Position numbers and translations under genes: made by a program. The notes beneath the pieces are model-generated. The model saw only the letters and a program-made list of their open reading frames with translations. It did no database searches and was not told where the DNA came from. A stretch of 64,000 nt of DNA, from assembly GCA_023379935.1 (NCBI GenBank), contig JAMCPD010000025.1, positions 13,427-77,426 on the forward strand, read 5' to 3'. This document shows positions 25,838 to 35,022 of this stretch, piece by piece (the stretch's first letter is position 1; each line of letters opens with the position of its first letter). The DNA comes from Actinomycetota bacterium (GTDB lineage Bacteria; Actinomycetota; Acidimicrobiia; Acidimicrobiales; JAMCPD01).

Positions 25838-27322
25838 ATGGACGAAGATATGAAGGTTGTTTCGGCACCAACTTCCGATGCTAAGTCTATAAATGGGGGT
25901 TCAATAGTTGAAAACGATCTTGGTGATATGACTCTCCAAGAAGCAATTGACGCTACATTACTGGATTTTAGAGAAGGTGATGTAGTGCATGGTCGAGTGG
26001 TCAATATAGATACAGATGAGGTCCTTGTAGATATCGGTTTTAAGTCTGAGGGCGTTATTCTTGCCAAAGAGCTGTCGCTTATGAGTGATATAGATCCTTC
26101 CGAGGTTGTAGCTGTAGGTGATGAGATAGATGCCTTGGTACTGCAGAAAGAAGATTCCGAAGGCCGATTGTTGTTGTCAAAGAAAAGAGCTCAATATGAA
26201 CGCGCTTGGGCTGATGTCGAACATTTAAAAGCGACGAATGCCATAGCCAGCGGTCCGGTGATAGAAGTCGTAAAGGGCGGCTTGATTGTAGATATTGGGT
26301 TGAGAGGTTTTCTTCCGGCTTCTTTGGTTGAAACCAGAAGAGTACGCGAGCTAACTCAGTATATAGGTAGAGTTCTGGAAACTAAGATTATTGAGTTGGA
26401 CAAGAGTCGCAACAATGTAGTGCTTTCGCGCAGAGCTTTTCTGGAAGAAACACAAAAAGAGCAAAGAGGGGAGTTCTTTGACGCCATCAAGCCGGGTGAA
26501 CGGCGCAAAGGAATAGTATCTTCGGTTGTGAGTTTTGGTGTTTTTGTGGATATCGGGGGGATGGATGGGCTTGTCCATGTTTCGGAGCTTTCGTGGAAAC
26601 ATATTGATCATCCTTCTTCTATTATATCTGTAGGCGATGAGGTAGAGGTTGAAGTTCTTGAGGTTGACCCGGACAAAGAGCGTATTAGTCTTTCGATAAG
26701 AGCAACCAGTCTTGATCCTTGGCATGAGTTTGCAAAGACGCATAAGGCCGGTGAACTCGTCTATGGTAGAGTTACGAAGATCGTTCCTTTTGGTGCCTTT
26801 ATCCAGGTGGTCGACGGAGTAGAAGGGTTGATTCACATTTCAGAGATGGCAGACCATCGTGTAGATGCGCCAGAGCAGGTCACAAAAGTCGGCGAAGAGC
26901 TGTGGGTCAAAATTATTGAAGTAGACCCACAACGTAAGCGTATTAGTCTTTCGATAAAGAGGGCTGCTGAAGGAGGGGAGGTGGCCCAAGAGTATAGGGA
27001 AGCTTTTGGGGAACATGCATTTGATGAAGAGGGAAACTATATAGGTGGAGGAAAGGCGAGCTTTGCTCCTGAAAGCGAAGGTCAGGTCGCATGGGTACCT
27101 GATGCCGAGTCGGCAGAGGCTGAGACGGCCACAGGCGATGAGGGCGAGGTGTCAGAGGTCGAAGACAACGGGGATACCGGCACCATCCGAAGCGATACTG
27201 ATTCTGATGCCATTATTCAAGCCAATGCCGACAATATTCCAACTGAGGATGTTCGGACTCCAACTGAGGATGTTCGGTTATCTGAGGCTAATGATCAGCT
27301 AGACCAGGCAAAGTTGGCTTAA
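25838..27322 (+). CDS. rpsA: 30S ribosomal protein S1
   Basis: Repeated S1 domains (G.V..V..FGVFVDIGGMDGLVHVSEL, GRVTKIVPFGAFIQVVDGVEGLIHISEM) and an acidic C-terminal tail. An alternative ATG lies at 25850. Confidence 0.93.
   Translation: MDEDMKVVSAPTSDAKSINGGSIVENDLGDMTLQEAIDATLLDFREGDVVHGRVVNIDTDEVLVDIGFKSEGVILAKELSLMSDIDPSEVVAVGDEIDALVLQKEDSEGRLLLSKKRAQYERAWADVEHLKATNAIASGPVIEVVKGGLIVDIGLRGFLPASLVETRRVRELTQYIGRVLETKIIELDKSRNNVVLSRRAFLEETQKEQRGEFFDAIKPGERRKGIVSSVVSFGVFVDIGGMDGLVHVSELSWKHIDHPSSIISVGDEVEVEVLEVDPDKERISLSIRATSLDPWHEFAKTHKAGELVYGRVTKIVPFGAFIQVVDGVEGLIHISEMADHRVDAPEQVTKVGEELWVKIIEVDPQRKRISLSIKRAAEGGEVAQEYREAFGEHAFDEEGNYIGGGKASFAPESEGQVAWVPDAESAEAETATGDEGEVSEVEDNGDTGTIRSDTDSDAIIQANADNIPTEDVRTPTEDVRLSEANDQLDQAKLA
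27238..27279 (+). repeat. In-frame 21-bp tandem duplication (x2) in the rpsA C-terminal tail
   Basis: tccaactgaggatgttcggac / tccaactgaggatgttcggtt, encoding PTEDVRT-PTEDVRL. Confidence 0.9.
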
Positions 27323-27563
27323 CGAGTTTGATTGGCAGCTTTGGCTGATTAGTAATCGCAGTCGGCTTGGTCTGTGTCGGCTTGATAACTTTCCCGGCAC
27401 GTATGCATGAAGTACATACGTTAATACGCTTATTGGTACCATTAACTGTTGTACGTACATTTTGAATATTGGGATTCCACCTGCGCTTAGTGCGCTGGTG
27501 TGAGTGACTCAAATTCATTCCAAAAGATGGGCGTTTACCACATAGTTCACAAACAGATGCCAT
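27288..27563 (-). CDS. rpmB: 50S ribosomal protein L28 with a ~30-aa Pro/Lys/Thr-rich C-terminal extension
   Basis: MASVCELCGKRPSFGMNLSHSHQRTKRRWNPNIQNVR...VCTSCIRAGKV matches the L28 core, including the CxxC...CxxC zinc form. The tail overlaps the rpsA 3' end on the opposite strand. Confidence 0.88.
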   Translation of the reverse strand: MASVCELCGKRPSFGMNLSHSHQRTKRRWNPNIQNVRTTVNGTNKRINVCTSCIRAGKVIKPTQTKPTAITNQPKLPIKLVKPTLPGLADH

Positions 27564-27825
27564 TAGCGCTATAATACTACATAGTTTTGGTTTACGCCAA
27601 TCGGTATTGGCGGGTTGCCAACAGTTACCTTTCGTGTCGGCTAATTACCGAGCACGAGCTGCTGGTTCTTTCAAAATCTTTCAGCGTTTATAAGGTTTGC
27701 AGGGAAAGGTGCAACTATGTTATTATCTATGCAATGAGAGATAATCTTTCTTGGCGGTAATCACACTTTTTATACAATATCCCATGTGTGAAAGTGATAG
27801 ATAAAAAACGAGGATAGTAAAAACG

Positions 27826-30663
27826 ATGGGCAAAGAGCGTTCTCAAGCTCTTCTGGAGCGAGACAGTGTTATTACGTTGTTGAAGAGTACTTTAACAACT
27901 GCCCGCAAAGGTAAGTTATCTGTAGCCTTCGTTGTCGGTGAAGCCGGAATGGGGAAAACGACGCTATTAGATCGACTGGTTCACTCTGTGAGGGGCTTTG
28001 AAGTCGGGCAAGCACGGGGAGAAACACTTGAGGCGACACTTTCTTTCGGCTTTCTGTCACAGCTTCTTAAAAGCCTCAAAGCATCTGATCTGCTTGATGA
28101 TATTCCTGAACTATCCCTGAATGAGCGTGCAGCTACCGTGTGGTGGCGATTAAAAAACTGGGCCGGAATCAACAGAACAAAACCGTTGCTCCTTGTGCTG
28201 GATGATATTCACTGGGCCGATCCAGACTCGCTCATGATGATCGCTTTGCTTATAAGGAACTTGAATGATGCAAAGATAGCATTAATAGCCACAATGCGTC
28301 CATGGCCAAGTAAAGCATATGAGATGGGAGAAGAGCTTGTCAATGCCGCCAAAGCACGAACAGCCAGACTTATGCCCCTCAGTTCAGATGCCTCCGTCGC
28401 CCTTGTTACACGTATCTCCGGCAAGGTGGTGGATAAACAGTTTACTTTGCAATTGGATAACTTATGTTCAGGAAACCCCATGCTCCTTACCCAGTTGGCT
28501 GAATACCTCAGTGCTAATCAGGAGTTTGAACAGTTAGATCCTGCAGCCTTACCGATACCCAGACTGTTCCTCAACCGCTTCATCGGTATGGATGCCAATA
28601 CTTTAGAATATGCTCAGGTGGCATCGGTATATGGGGTGCAATTTCGACCGTCCGTAGTGGGAGAGATACTTGGTTTGAATACATCCGGAACACACCGGGC
28701 AATCAACGCATTACAGACAGGGGGAGTACTGCGCTCTGTTGACAAAGAGTATGCCGTCTTTACACACTCTCTTATCCGTCAAGCTATATATGACGACATA
28801 CCGCCACCGGTGGCGAGCCAGATGCATGGAGCAATATTCCGCCTTCTGTGGGAACAGGGAGTGTCACCGGGAGAAGCCGCGACGCATGCAATTCATGCAT
28901 CGTCGTTCGGAGATCAAATTGCGATAGAGGCTATCACCGAAGCCGGATTTGATGCACTCCGCCATGGTGCTTTGAACACCGCCGCCGATTGGTTTCGCAG
29001 TGCGGTCAGCTTAATCGGGTCTCGCACAGATCCTAAGCTGCAGTTCCGCTTAGCTGAGGGATTGTTAGATGCCGGTGCACATCCAGATGCAGTGATGCTT
29101 TGCCGTACCTTGATTGAACATCTGGGCAATTTCGAATCGTTATCGGTAAAACCACTATTGAGAGATGTTTATCAACTGCTGGGCCGTAGTTTATTTCGAA
29201 CCAACGAGACGATACAAGCAGAAGAGGCTATGCGCAAAGTTGCTCAATTATCATCCTCCAAGGATCGGACACCGGGGATTGAAGCACTGCTGGAAGCTTC
29301 TTTACTGGCAATGTATACATCAGGTCCCCGTCGATCCTTAGAGCTCGCGAACGAAGCTCATTGTTTACTTGACTCTTCCTCTGACCCCAGGCTTGTCACA
29401 TGGATAGAACTTTCTCAAGGGCTTGCATGCGCGACAATGTGTTGCATGGACGATATAGAGGGATTCAGAGAGAAACTTGCTAAACTGTCAGATAGTCCAA
29501 TAGGCATAACTGCTTTGCATAACGTCACCGCATGGGGACCGCTTTTGATCCGCTTGCAGACAGAAAAGTTTTACGAGCACTTTTCTGAATCTCTAAAAAT
29601 CTATGAAATGGTAATTGCAGATACCGATTCATCCCGCTTACCGGTTGCACTGGGAGTGTATGGAGTAGCACATGCTGATACCCTTTCCCGTTTAGGAAGA
29701 CTTAGCGAATCGCTGGAGGTGTTGACAGTAACCTTGAATGACGGGGTTCTTCAAGCCGGTCCAGTATCATGGGCAACGGTCGGGCTTGCCCATATTCATT
29801 ATGAGTTTGGAGACCCGCAACGCTCAGCTGCTTATCTTTCCCAGATAGAAGCAGTAATCGGCAGTAAGTCAGATTCGTTTCCGTTGCTACGTTGTTGGTT
29901 GCTGCGTATTCGTTCCATGTTGGCTTTGGATGAAAACAATATTGAGCTTGCTTGTGCAATTGCGGCTCAGGTGGAAGATATCTCCATACGGGCAGGCTTA
30001 TTGGAGCCATGTGCCGCCCCATGGTATCCGGCTGCACTTATGGCATACCTGGCAGCAGGCAGGTTATCCGATGTAGAGCGCGTCATTGAGTACCTTGAAA
30101 CCGCCTCATCCATGTTGCCTTGCCGATATCCGCGAGCCTTGGCATCTCGCGGACGCGCACTTCTTTTAGATGCCAAAGGCGATATACCCAAAGCACAAGG
30201 CTATTTTGAAGAAGCGCTCACCTATCACCGGCAACTCCCTATGCCTCTTGAAGAAGCGGAGACACTGCTTGCTTATGGCGCATTTTTACGCCGCAACCAT
30301 GAACCTACTACGGCTCGTGAACTACTTAATCGGGCTGCAGATATTGCAGCCGGTTGTGGCGCTCGCCGCTTGGAATCTCTTGCTATAACAGAACTGCATG
30401 CTGCTCTGGGCCGACGGCGCAGAGGACGCAGCAGTGGTCCGAACATACAGGGATTTGAGGGACTGACTCCAATTCAGCAACGCGTTGCGAAACTCGCTGC
30501 CGATGGCCTAACTAATGTTGAGATCGGGCGCCGTCTCTTTCTGTCCCCTCGCACGATAGAGCATCATTTAAGCAATATTTATGTTAACATGAACATAAGT
30601 TCACGGCGTGAATTGAAGGGCAAACTTCCGGCAAGATTGAACCATGCCGGAACATTAAACTAA
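27826..30663 (+). CDS. Large ATP-binding LuxR-family regulator (LAL/MalT-like: AAA/NB-ARC-type ATPase, helical repeat region and C-terminal HTH)
   Basis: Walker A GEAGMGKTTLL and Walker B LLLVLDDIHWAD. Long alpha-helical middle region. C-terminal LuxR HTH: LTPIQQRVAKLAADGLTNVEIGRRLFLSPRTIEHHLSNIY. Confidence 0.85.
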   Translation: MGKERSQALLERDSVITLLKSTLTTARKGKLSVAFVVGEAGMGKTTLLDRLVHSVRGFEVGQARGETLEATLSFGFLSQLLKSLKASDLLDDIPELSLNERAATVWWRLKNWAGINRTKPLLLVLDDIHWADPDSLMMIALLIRNLNDAKIALIATMRPWPSKAYEMGEELVNAAKARTARLMPLSSDASVALVTRISGKVVDKQFTLQLDNLCSGNPMLLTQLAEYLSANQEFEQLDPAALPIPRLFLNRFIGMDANTLEYAQVASVYGVQFRPSVVGEILGLNTSGTHRAINALQTGGVLRSVDKEYAVFTHSLIRQAIYDDIPPPVASQMHGAIFRLLWEQGVSPGEAATHAIHASSFGDQIAIEAITEAGFDALRHGALNTAADWFRSAVSLIGSRTDPKLQFRLAEGLLDAGAHPDAVMLCRTLIEHLGNFESLSVKPLLRDVYQLLGRSLFRTNETIQAEEAMRKVAQLSSSKDRTPGIEALLEASLLAMYTSGPRRSLELANEAHCLLDSSSDPRLVTWIELSQGLACATMCCMDDIEGFREKLAKLSDSPIGITALHNVTAWGPLLIRLQTEKFYEHFSESLKIYEMVIADTDSSRLPVALGVYGVAHADTLSRLGRLSESLEVLTVTLNDGVLQAGPVSWATVGLAHIHYEFGDPQRSAAYLSQIEAVIGSKSDSFPLLRCWLLRIRSMLALDENNIELACAIAAQVEDISIRAGLLEPCAAPWYPAALMAYLAAGRLSDVERVIEYLETASSMLPCRYPRALASRGRALLLDAKGDIPKAQGYFEEALTYHRQLPMPLEEAETLLAYGAFLRRNHEPTTARELLNRAADIAAGCGARRLESLAITELHAALGRRRRGRSSGPNIQGFEGLTPIQQRVAKLAADGLTNVEIGRRLFLSPRTIEHHLSNIYVNMNISSRRELKGKLPARLNHAGTLN

Positions 30664-30782
30664 TTGACCGAACCTGTTCTATCCTACCGCTTTACTGTAG
30701 TGGTCAAATCTATTTCTAAGTCCTAAGCGAGGACGTAAGTGCTATTTTTAGACAGAGCCTGGCTTTATCCTCAGATTCCTTA

Positions 30783-30806
30783 AACATAGGGGAATTCCCC
30801 TATGTT
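30783..30806. promoter_or_regulatory. Perfect 24-bp palindrome AACATAGGGGAATTCCCCTATGTT (operator or hairpin, function unknown)
   Basis: Self-complementary over all 24 positions. Intergenic, 120 bp after the LAL regulator stop and 108 bp before ORF 30914. Confidence 0.5.
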
Positions 30807-30913
30807 ATCAGGAGCTTTTCTTGTTATCATAACTACCATGATTACCGAAGTGGTATTAGGTCTTATTTGTCGGGCATTTATCTTGTGAGCCCCAATATTT
30901 CGGGTAAAACTTT

Positions 30914-31111
30914 GTGAATACTTTTATAAACAAAACGGTTGATGCAACCGCAGGTGTTGTGTGGCCTGTCTCCTCAGGTCTGAACCAGATGACTAATGAA
31001 AATACATCAAACCTTGTTATTGCAGATAATAATGATACAGCCTGGATTGGGTTTTTCAACAAATCAGAAACTGTGAATATGATCGCGGATGTGGTTGGTC
31101 GGTATCAATGA
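30914..31111 (+). pseudogene. Orphan fragment resembling the C-terminal half of the ...DVxGYY domain found at the end of the large repeat protein
   Basis: LNQMTNENTSNLVIADNNDTAWIGFFNKSETVNMIADVVGRYQ* parallels LNFVVGQNIPNSVTVELNSSGYIEIYNFAGSANVAIDVEGYY (10990-11150). An in-frame stop lies 9 nt upstream of the GTG, so no N-terminal part exists. Confidence 0.4.
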
Positions 31112-31350
31112 GTGTACCGTCTTTTAGTGGTCTAAGTGATGATTCATCGCACAAAGAATTAAACCAGCGAGGTATGCTCCTTACTTTAGTGGTTGAGCCC
31201 GGTGATGAGTGGAAGGGGCTGATAGTAACCAGTGACGGTCAACAGTTCCACTTTGAGGGATGGATTAGCCTTATGGCAGCGGTGGATCGGCTTCGCACAG
31301 CAGTACTTGGTCCCACTAAATCGAAAACTGCGGACAATACTGAAACCTGA
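31108..31350 (+). CDS. Hypothetical protein (80 aa)
   Basis: ORF with an ATGA overlap to the preceding fragment. No recognisable motif. Confidence 0.3.
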   Translation: MSVPSFSGLSDDSSHKELNQRGMLLTLVVEPGDEWKGLIVTSDGQQFHFEGWISLMAAVDRLRTAVLGPTKSKTADNTET

Positions 31351-31438
31351 TTGTTAAAAATAAAACTGCCTTGATCAGTCAAGAAACGAAGTGCGAAGCG
31401 CCATTTTATGCACCACTTACCATTTCACAATTTCAATT

Positions 31439-32752
31439 CTAATGAGCGGGAGTGCCGATAAGGTTGGTTGCGCTGCTAAGCAGTTTATAAATAAATTCAG
31501 CGGGACCTGTTTTAATCGGGTCTAATAGATTAGCCATTACGGTTAAGACCTCCTCCATTATCTTATTACTGTGCATGCCGTTAGCTACTAAAACCCGCAT
31601 AATTTCAGGCCTACTAATTAAGTTTACAAATGCTTTACCTATCTTGTAGTAGGCTTCATATGCATTAATAAGGTTTTGCTCATATTCGTGCAGTATGAAT
31701 GGGCTGCTGCTTTTACTTGACAAAGCTTCATTAAGTACCTCTGCCGCCATGCGTCCTGTTTCAAATGCATATGATATTCCCTCGCCGTTGAAAGGGTTGA
31801 TAGCGCCAACGGAATCTCCTATCAAAAGATGTGAAACTCCAACTCTTGGCGTTATTGACAGTCCCATCTGCAGCCTGCCGCCCATGGGTGCGTCACAAGC
31901 AGAGTTTTTCGATACTCCCCAATATGGGGGAACAGACGGTAAAAAAGATTCCATAAGTTTGGTGGTGTTGAAGCCTTTGTAGCGTTTTGATACAGTGAGA
32001 AGTCCTACCCCTACATTCAATCTCCCATCGTCCATTGGAAATATCCAGCCATATCCGGGTATTGCCTTGCCGCCTCCGTCTTGTATATCCAAATGTGACT
32101 CTATCCAGTCATATTGGCCGTTATCGTTGGAGCGGTATTGATCGTTGTCGGGCAAAAAGTATCCTCTCAGTGCCATACCCATTGGAGATGAGCGGTCCCT
32201 TGTGCACCCGAGTTCTCTTGCGAGATTGGAGTTGGCACCTTGCGCTATAACAACATAACGTGCACGTATTTCTTGTGTTGTATCTGTATTTTTATCCTTG
32301 AACAAAACTCCGTTAACTTCAATTCCCCCCATGCCAGACTGTTTGTTCGTGAGTACTTGAAGAGCTTGGGTTGCTTGTTTGAATTGCGCTCCCTGTTTTA
32401 CTGCGTTGTTTGCAACCATCAAATCAAGGTCCTTGCGGGCCATTACATAGCCGTAGTTGGGAAACAAAGGGTGTTCCGGCCAGTTTAACTCCAGACATCT
32501 TCCGTATCCCCATGCTTTCAACCCTTTGATGGGGTGGTATTTCTCTAACTCGTGTTCCAATCCCATATCACACAGTTGACGCACTGCACGAGGAGTAAGT
32601 CCGTCTCCGCAAGTCTTTTCACGCGGGAAAGTTGCTTTGTCTGCTAACAGCACATCCCAACCGGCTTTTGCCAACCAGTATGCGCAAGATGCTCCCGCAG
32701 GTCCACCACCTACTATCAGTACATCATGAGTTTCGTTTTTAGCCATATCCAC
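31439..32752 (-). CDS. Geranylgeranyl reductase-family FAD-dependent oxidoreductase (MenJ-like)
   Basis: DVLIVGGGPAGASCAYWLAKAG...REKTCGDGLTPRAV and GDSVGAINPFNGEGI are typical of the family. Confidence 0.8.
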   Translation of the reverse strand: MDMAKNETHDVLIVGGGPAGASCAYWLAKAGWDVLLADKATFPREKTCGDGLTPRAVRQLCDMGLEHELEKYHPIKGLKAWGYGRCLELNWPEHPLFPNYGYVMARKDLDLMVANNAVKQGAQFKQATQALQVLTNKQSGMGGIEVNGVLFKDKNTDTTQEIRARYVVIAQGANSNLARELGCTRDRSSPMGMALRGYFLPDNDQYRSNDNGQYDWIESHLDIQDGGGKAIPGYGWIFPMDDGRLNVGVGLLTVSKRYKGFNTTKLMESFLPSVPPYWGVSKNSACDAPMGGRLQMGLSITPRVGVSHLLIGDSVGAINPFNGEGISYAFETGRMAAEVLNEALSSKSSSPFILHEYEQNLINAYEAYYKIGKAFVNLISRPEIMRVLVANGMHSNKIMEEVLTVMANLLDPIKTGPAEFIYKLLSSATNLIGTPAH

Positions 32753-32809
32753 CTGTATAAACTAGACTCAAAAACGTGAAGTTGCCAACTGTATTTTTTA
32801 AAGTAAACA

Positions 32810-33358
32810 ATGCTTCGTAAAGGTATCACTGTATGGTTAACCGGTTTATCCGGTTCCGGAAAGTCAACTTTGGCAAGCTCCTTGTCTGGTGCATTAGATG
32901 AATTGAACTATCCAACCTGTATTTTGGATGGGGATGTATTACGTGGCGGACTTTGTTCAGATTTAGATTTTTCCTTTTCTGGGAGAGTTGAAAATATGCG
33001 AAGAGCTGGTGAGGCTGCAATATTGATAGCACACTCCGGTGTTATATGTATAGTAAGTTTGATAAGTCCCTATCATGAGATGCGCGAGAAAATTCGTAGT
33101 CGCCATCGTCAAGAAAATATAAACTTTTTTGAAGTGTACCTATCTGCACCGCTGGAAGTTTGTGAACAGCGGGATCCGAAAGGACTTTACAAGAAAGCCA
33201 GGAATGGCCAGCTCACTGGGTTTACCGGTATAGACGATCCCTATGAGATACCTGTTGATCCAGATATTGTATTGCCGACTCACCGGATGGATTGCGAAGG
33301 AGCAACCGAAGTTTTACTCAAACAGTTGTTTCATCAAGCCCTGGATGAGACCGGGTAA
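32810..33358 (+). CDS. cysC: Adenylyl-sulfate (APS) kinase
   Basis: GITVWLTGLSGSGKSTLA P-loop, LDGDVLR, and the FTGIDDPYE motif. Confidence 0.88.
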   Translation: MLRKGITVWLTGLSGSGKSTLASSLSGALDELNYPTCILDGDVLRGGLCSDLDFSFSGRVENMRRAGEAAILIAHSGVICIVSLISPYHEMREKIRSRHRQENINFFEVYLSAPLEVCEQRDPKGLYKKARNGQLTGFTGIDDPYEIPVDPDIVLPTHRMDCEGATEVLLKQLFHQALDETG

Positions 33359-33569
33359 AGTGGTAATTGGTAAAAATTACCTCATTAAGACTTGCTTTTT
33401 TCTAAAAGCTTACAGTAAGTTTGAAACTGTTTTGTGGAGTGTATTAAACTGTTTCTAACTGCTTCATCGTTAGTGTTTATGTGAGACAAGTGCTAAAGAC
33501 ACGGGGATGGATATCTACCCTGGGATATAAGCACATAGGTATAGAGAAATGAAAAGGTAGAATGAACGG

Positions 33570-34037
33570 ATGATTTTAGCTTCCATGGTTGATTATTTAC
33601 CCATCTTTTTTATGCTGGTAATCGCTATACTGTTTGCCGGTATATCCTTTGTCGCCTCTTCTTTGGTGGCCCCGAAAAAGCGCCCGACTGATGCAAAAGT
33701 TGCACCTTATGAGTGTGGGATAATACCAACCGTGGAGCCCCCACAGCGTTTTCCGGTACGCTTTTATTTAGTTGCAATGATATTTATCATATTTGATATA
33801 GAGATTATCTTTATCTACCCTTGGGCGGTAGTTTATGGGCAACTTGGAGTATTCGGATTAGTGGAAATGGGCCTGTTCGCCTTGACTTTGTTCATACCGT
33901 TTTTATATTTAATCAGCAATGGTGCTTTGAATTGGGGGCCTGGTAAAAGTAAACCATGGAAGGATATGGAACGCACAACAGATTCTACTATTGAAAAGGT
34001 CAGCCGCGAAGAACTGAGTTTTAAAAAATGGGACTAG
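33570..34037 (+). CDS. nuoA: NADH-quinone oxidoreductase subunit A
   Basis: Three TM segments, YECGI motif, and first gene of the nuo cluster. An alternative ATG lies at 33585. Confidence 0.88.
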   Translation: MILASMVDYLPIFFMLVIAILFAGISFVASSLVAPKKRPTDAKVAPYECGIIPTVEPPQRFPVRFYLVAMIFIIFDIEIIFIYPWAVVYGQLGVFGLVEMGLFALTLFIPFLYLISNGALNWGPGKSKPWKDMERTTDSTIEKVSREELSFKKWD

Positions 34038-34525
34038 AGGAACTTAGCCATAACTTCTTGACCGGGAAGTTGGAAGATCTGGTTAAATGGGCTAGGCGCG
34101 CCAGCGTTTGGCCTGCTACTTTTGGTTTAGCTTGTTGTGCGATTGAGATGATGGCCCTGGGGGCTGCTGATTTCGATATAAGCCGTTTTGGGATGGAGGT
34201 ATTCAGGGCATCTCCGCGCCAAGCAGATTTGATGATCGTGGCAGGCAGGGTTTCTCAAAAAATGGCTCCGATACTTAGGCAGGTCTATGACCAAATGATG
34301 GAACCCAAATGGGTTATTTCAATGGGTGTATGTGCTTCTACCGGGGGAATGTTCAACAACTATGCAATCGTTCAAGGGGTGGATCAAATAGTGCCGGTTG
34401 ATGTATATGCACCGGGGTGCCCTCCAAGTCCTGAAACACTTTTACATGCGATCCTTACTTTACAGGAAAAGATCCGCACTACCGATATTACACGTCACAA
34501 GAATAAGATGGAGACACCACATTGA
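34028..34525 (+). CDS. nuoB: NADH-quinone oxidoreductase subunit B
   Basis: N2-cluster cysteines [21 protein letters not shown] and GCPPSPE. Confidence 0.93.
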   Translation: MGLEELSHNFLTGKLEDLVKWARRASVWPATFGLACCAIEMMALGAADFDISRFGMEVFRASPRQADLMIVAGRVSQKMAPILRQVYDQMMEPKWVISMGVCASTGGMFNNYAIVQGVDQIVPVDVYAPGCPPSPETLLHAILTLQEKIRTTDITRHKNKMETPH

Positions 34526-35022
34526 ATTCAGTTCGAAGTTTCTTTGAGGCCAAACGCATTATTTACGAAACACCCACATCAATCCCCAGGCTGGTTGTTT
34601 ATCCTACTAGGGAGCTTTACTTAGAGGCTGTACGTGAATTGAAAACAGTTGGATTTGATTTCTGTTCTGATATTTGTGCCGTTGACTATTTGAAGCATCC
34701 GGACCGGTTGTTACCTAAAGGAGTGGAACCGCAGCGCTTTGAGGTGGTTGTCAATCTTGTTTCAACCGTAACAGCTGAGAGAGCTAAGATAAGAGTTCAG
34801 ATACCGGAGGGTGATCCTGTGGTGCACTCGGTGTTTTCGGTTTATCCCGGAGTGGAGGCAGGCGAAAGGGAGATCTTCGATTTAATGGGTATTCATTTCA
34901 AAGGGCATCCGGATTTGACACGCATACTAATGCCACATGATTGGGAAGGCCACCCCCTCCGTAAGGACTATGCGTTGGGGCGCATACCGGTTCAGTTTAG
35001 TAAAATGGATGATTCAAAATGA
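34522..35022 (+). CDS. nuoC: NADH-quinone oxidoreductase subunit C
   Basis: 30-kDa subunit motifs [19 protein letters not shown] and GHPLRKDY. Confidence 0.9.
   Translation: MNSVRSFFEAKRIIYETPTSIPRLVVYPTRELYLEAVRELKTVGFDFCSDICAVDYLKHPDRLLPKGVEPQRFEVVVNLVSTVTAERAKIRVQIPEGDPVVHSVFSVYPGVEAGEREIFDLMGIHFKGHPDLTRILMPHDWEGHPLRKDYALGRIPVQFSKMDDSK

Noticed and set aside
27595-27612. CGCCAAT-cggt-ATTGGCG hairpin in the rpmB / LAL-regulator divergent spacer
   Set aside because: This is a 7-bp stem seen once, with no associated motif such as a Zur box. It cannot be distinguished from chance.
33359-33569. Spacer upstream of nuoA with a GGTAATT-loop-AATTACC hairpin and a T-run, considered as the cysC terminator or nuo promoter
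   Set aside because: The stem is short and AT-rich, the T-run is not adjacent, and there is no convincing -35/-10 pair. The evidence is too weak to annotate.
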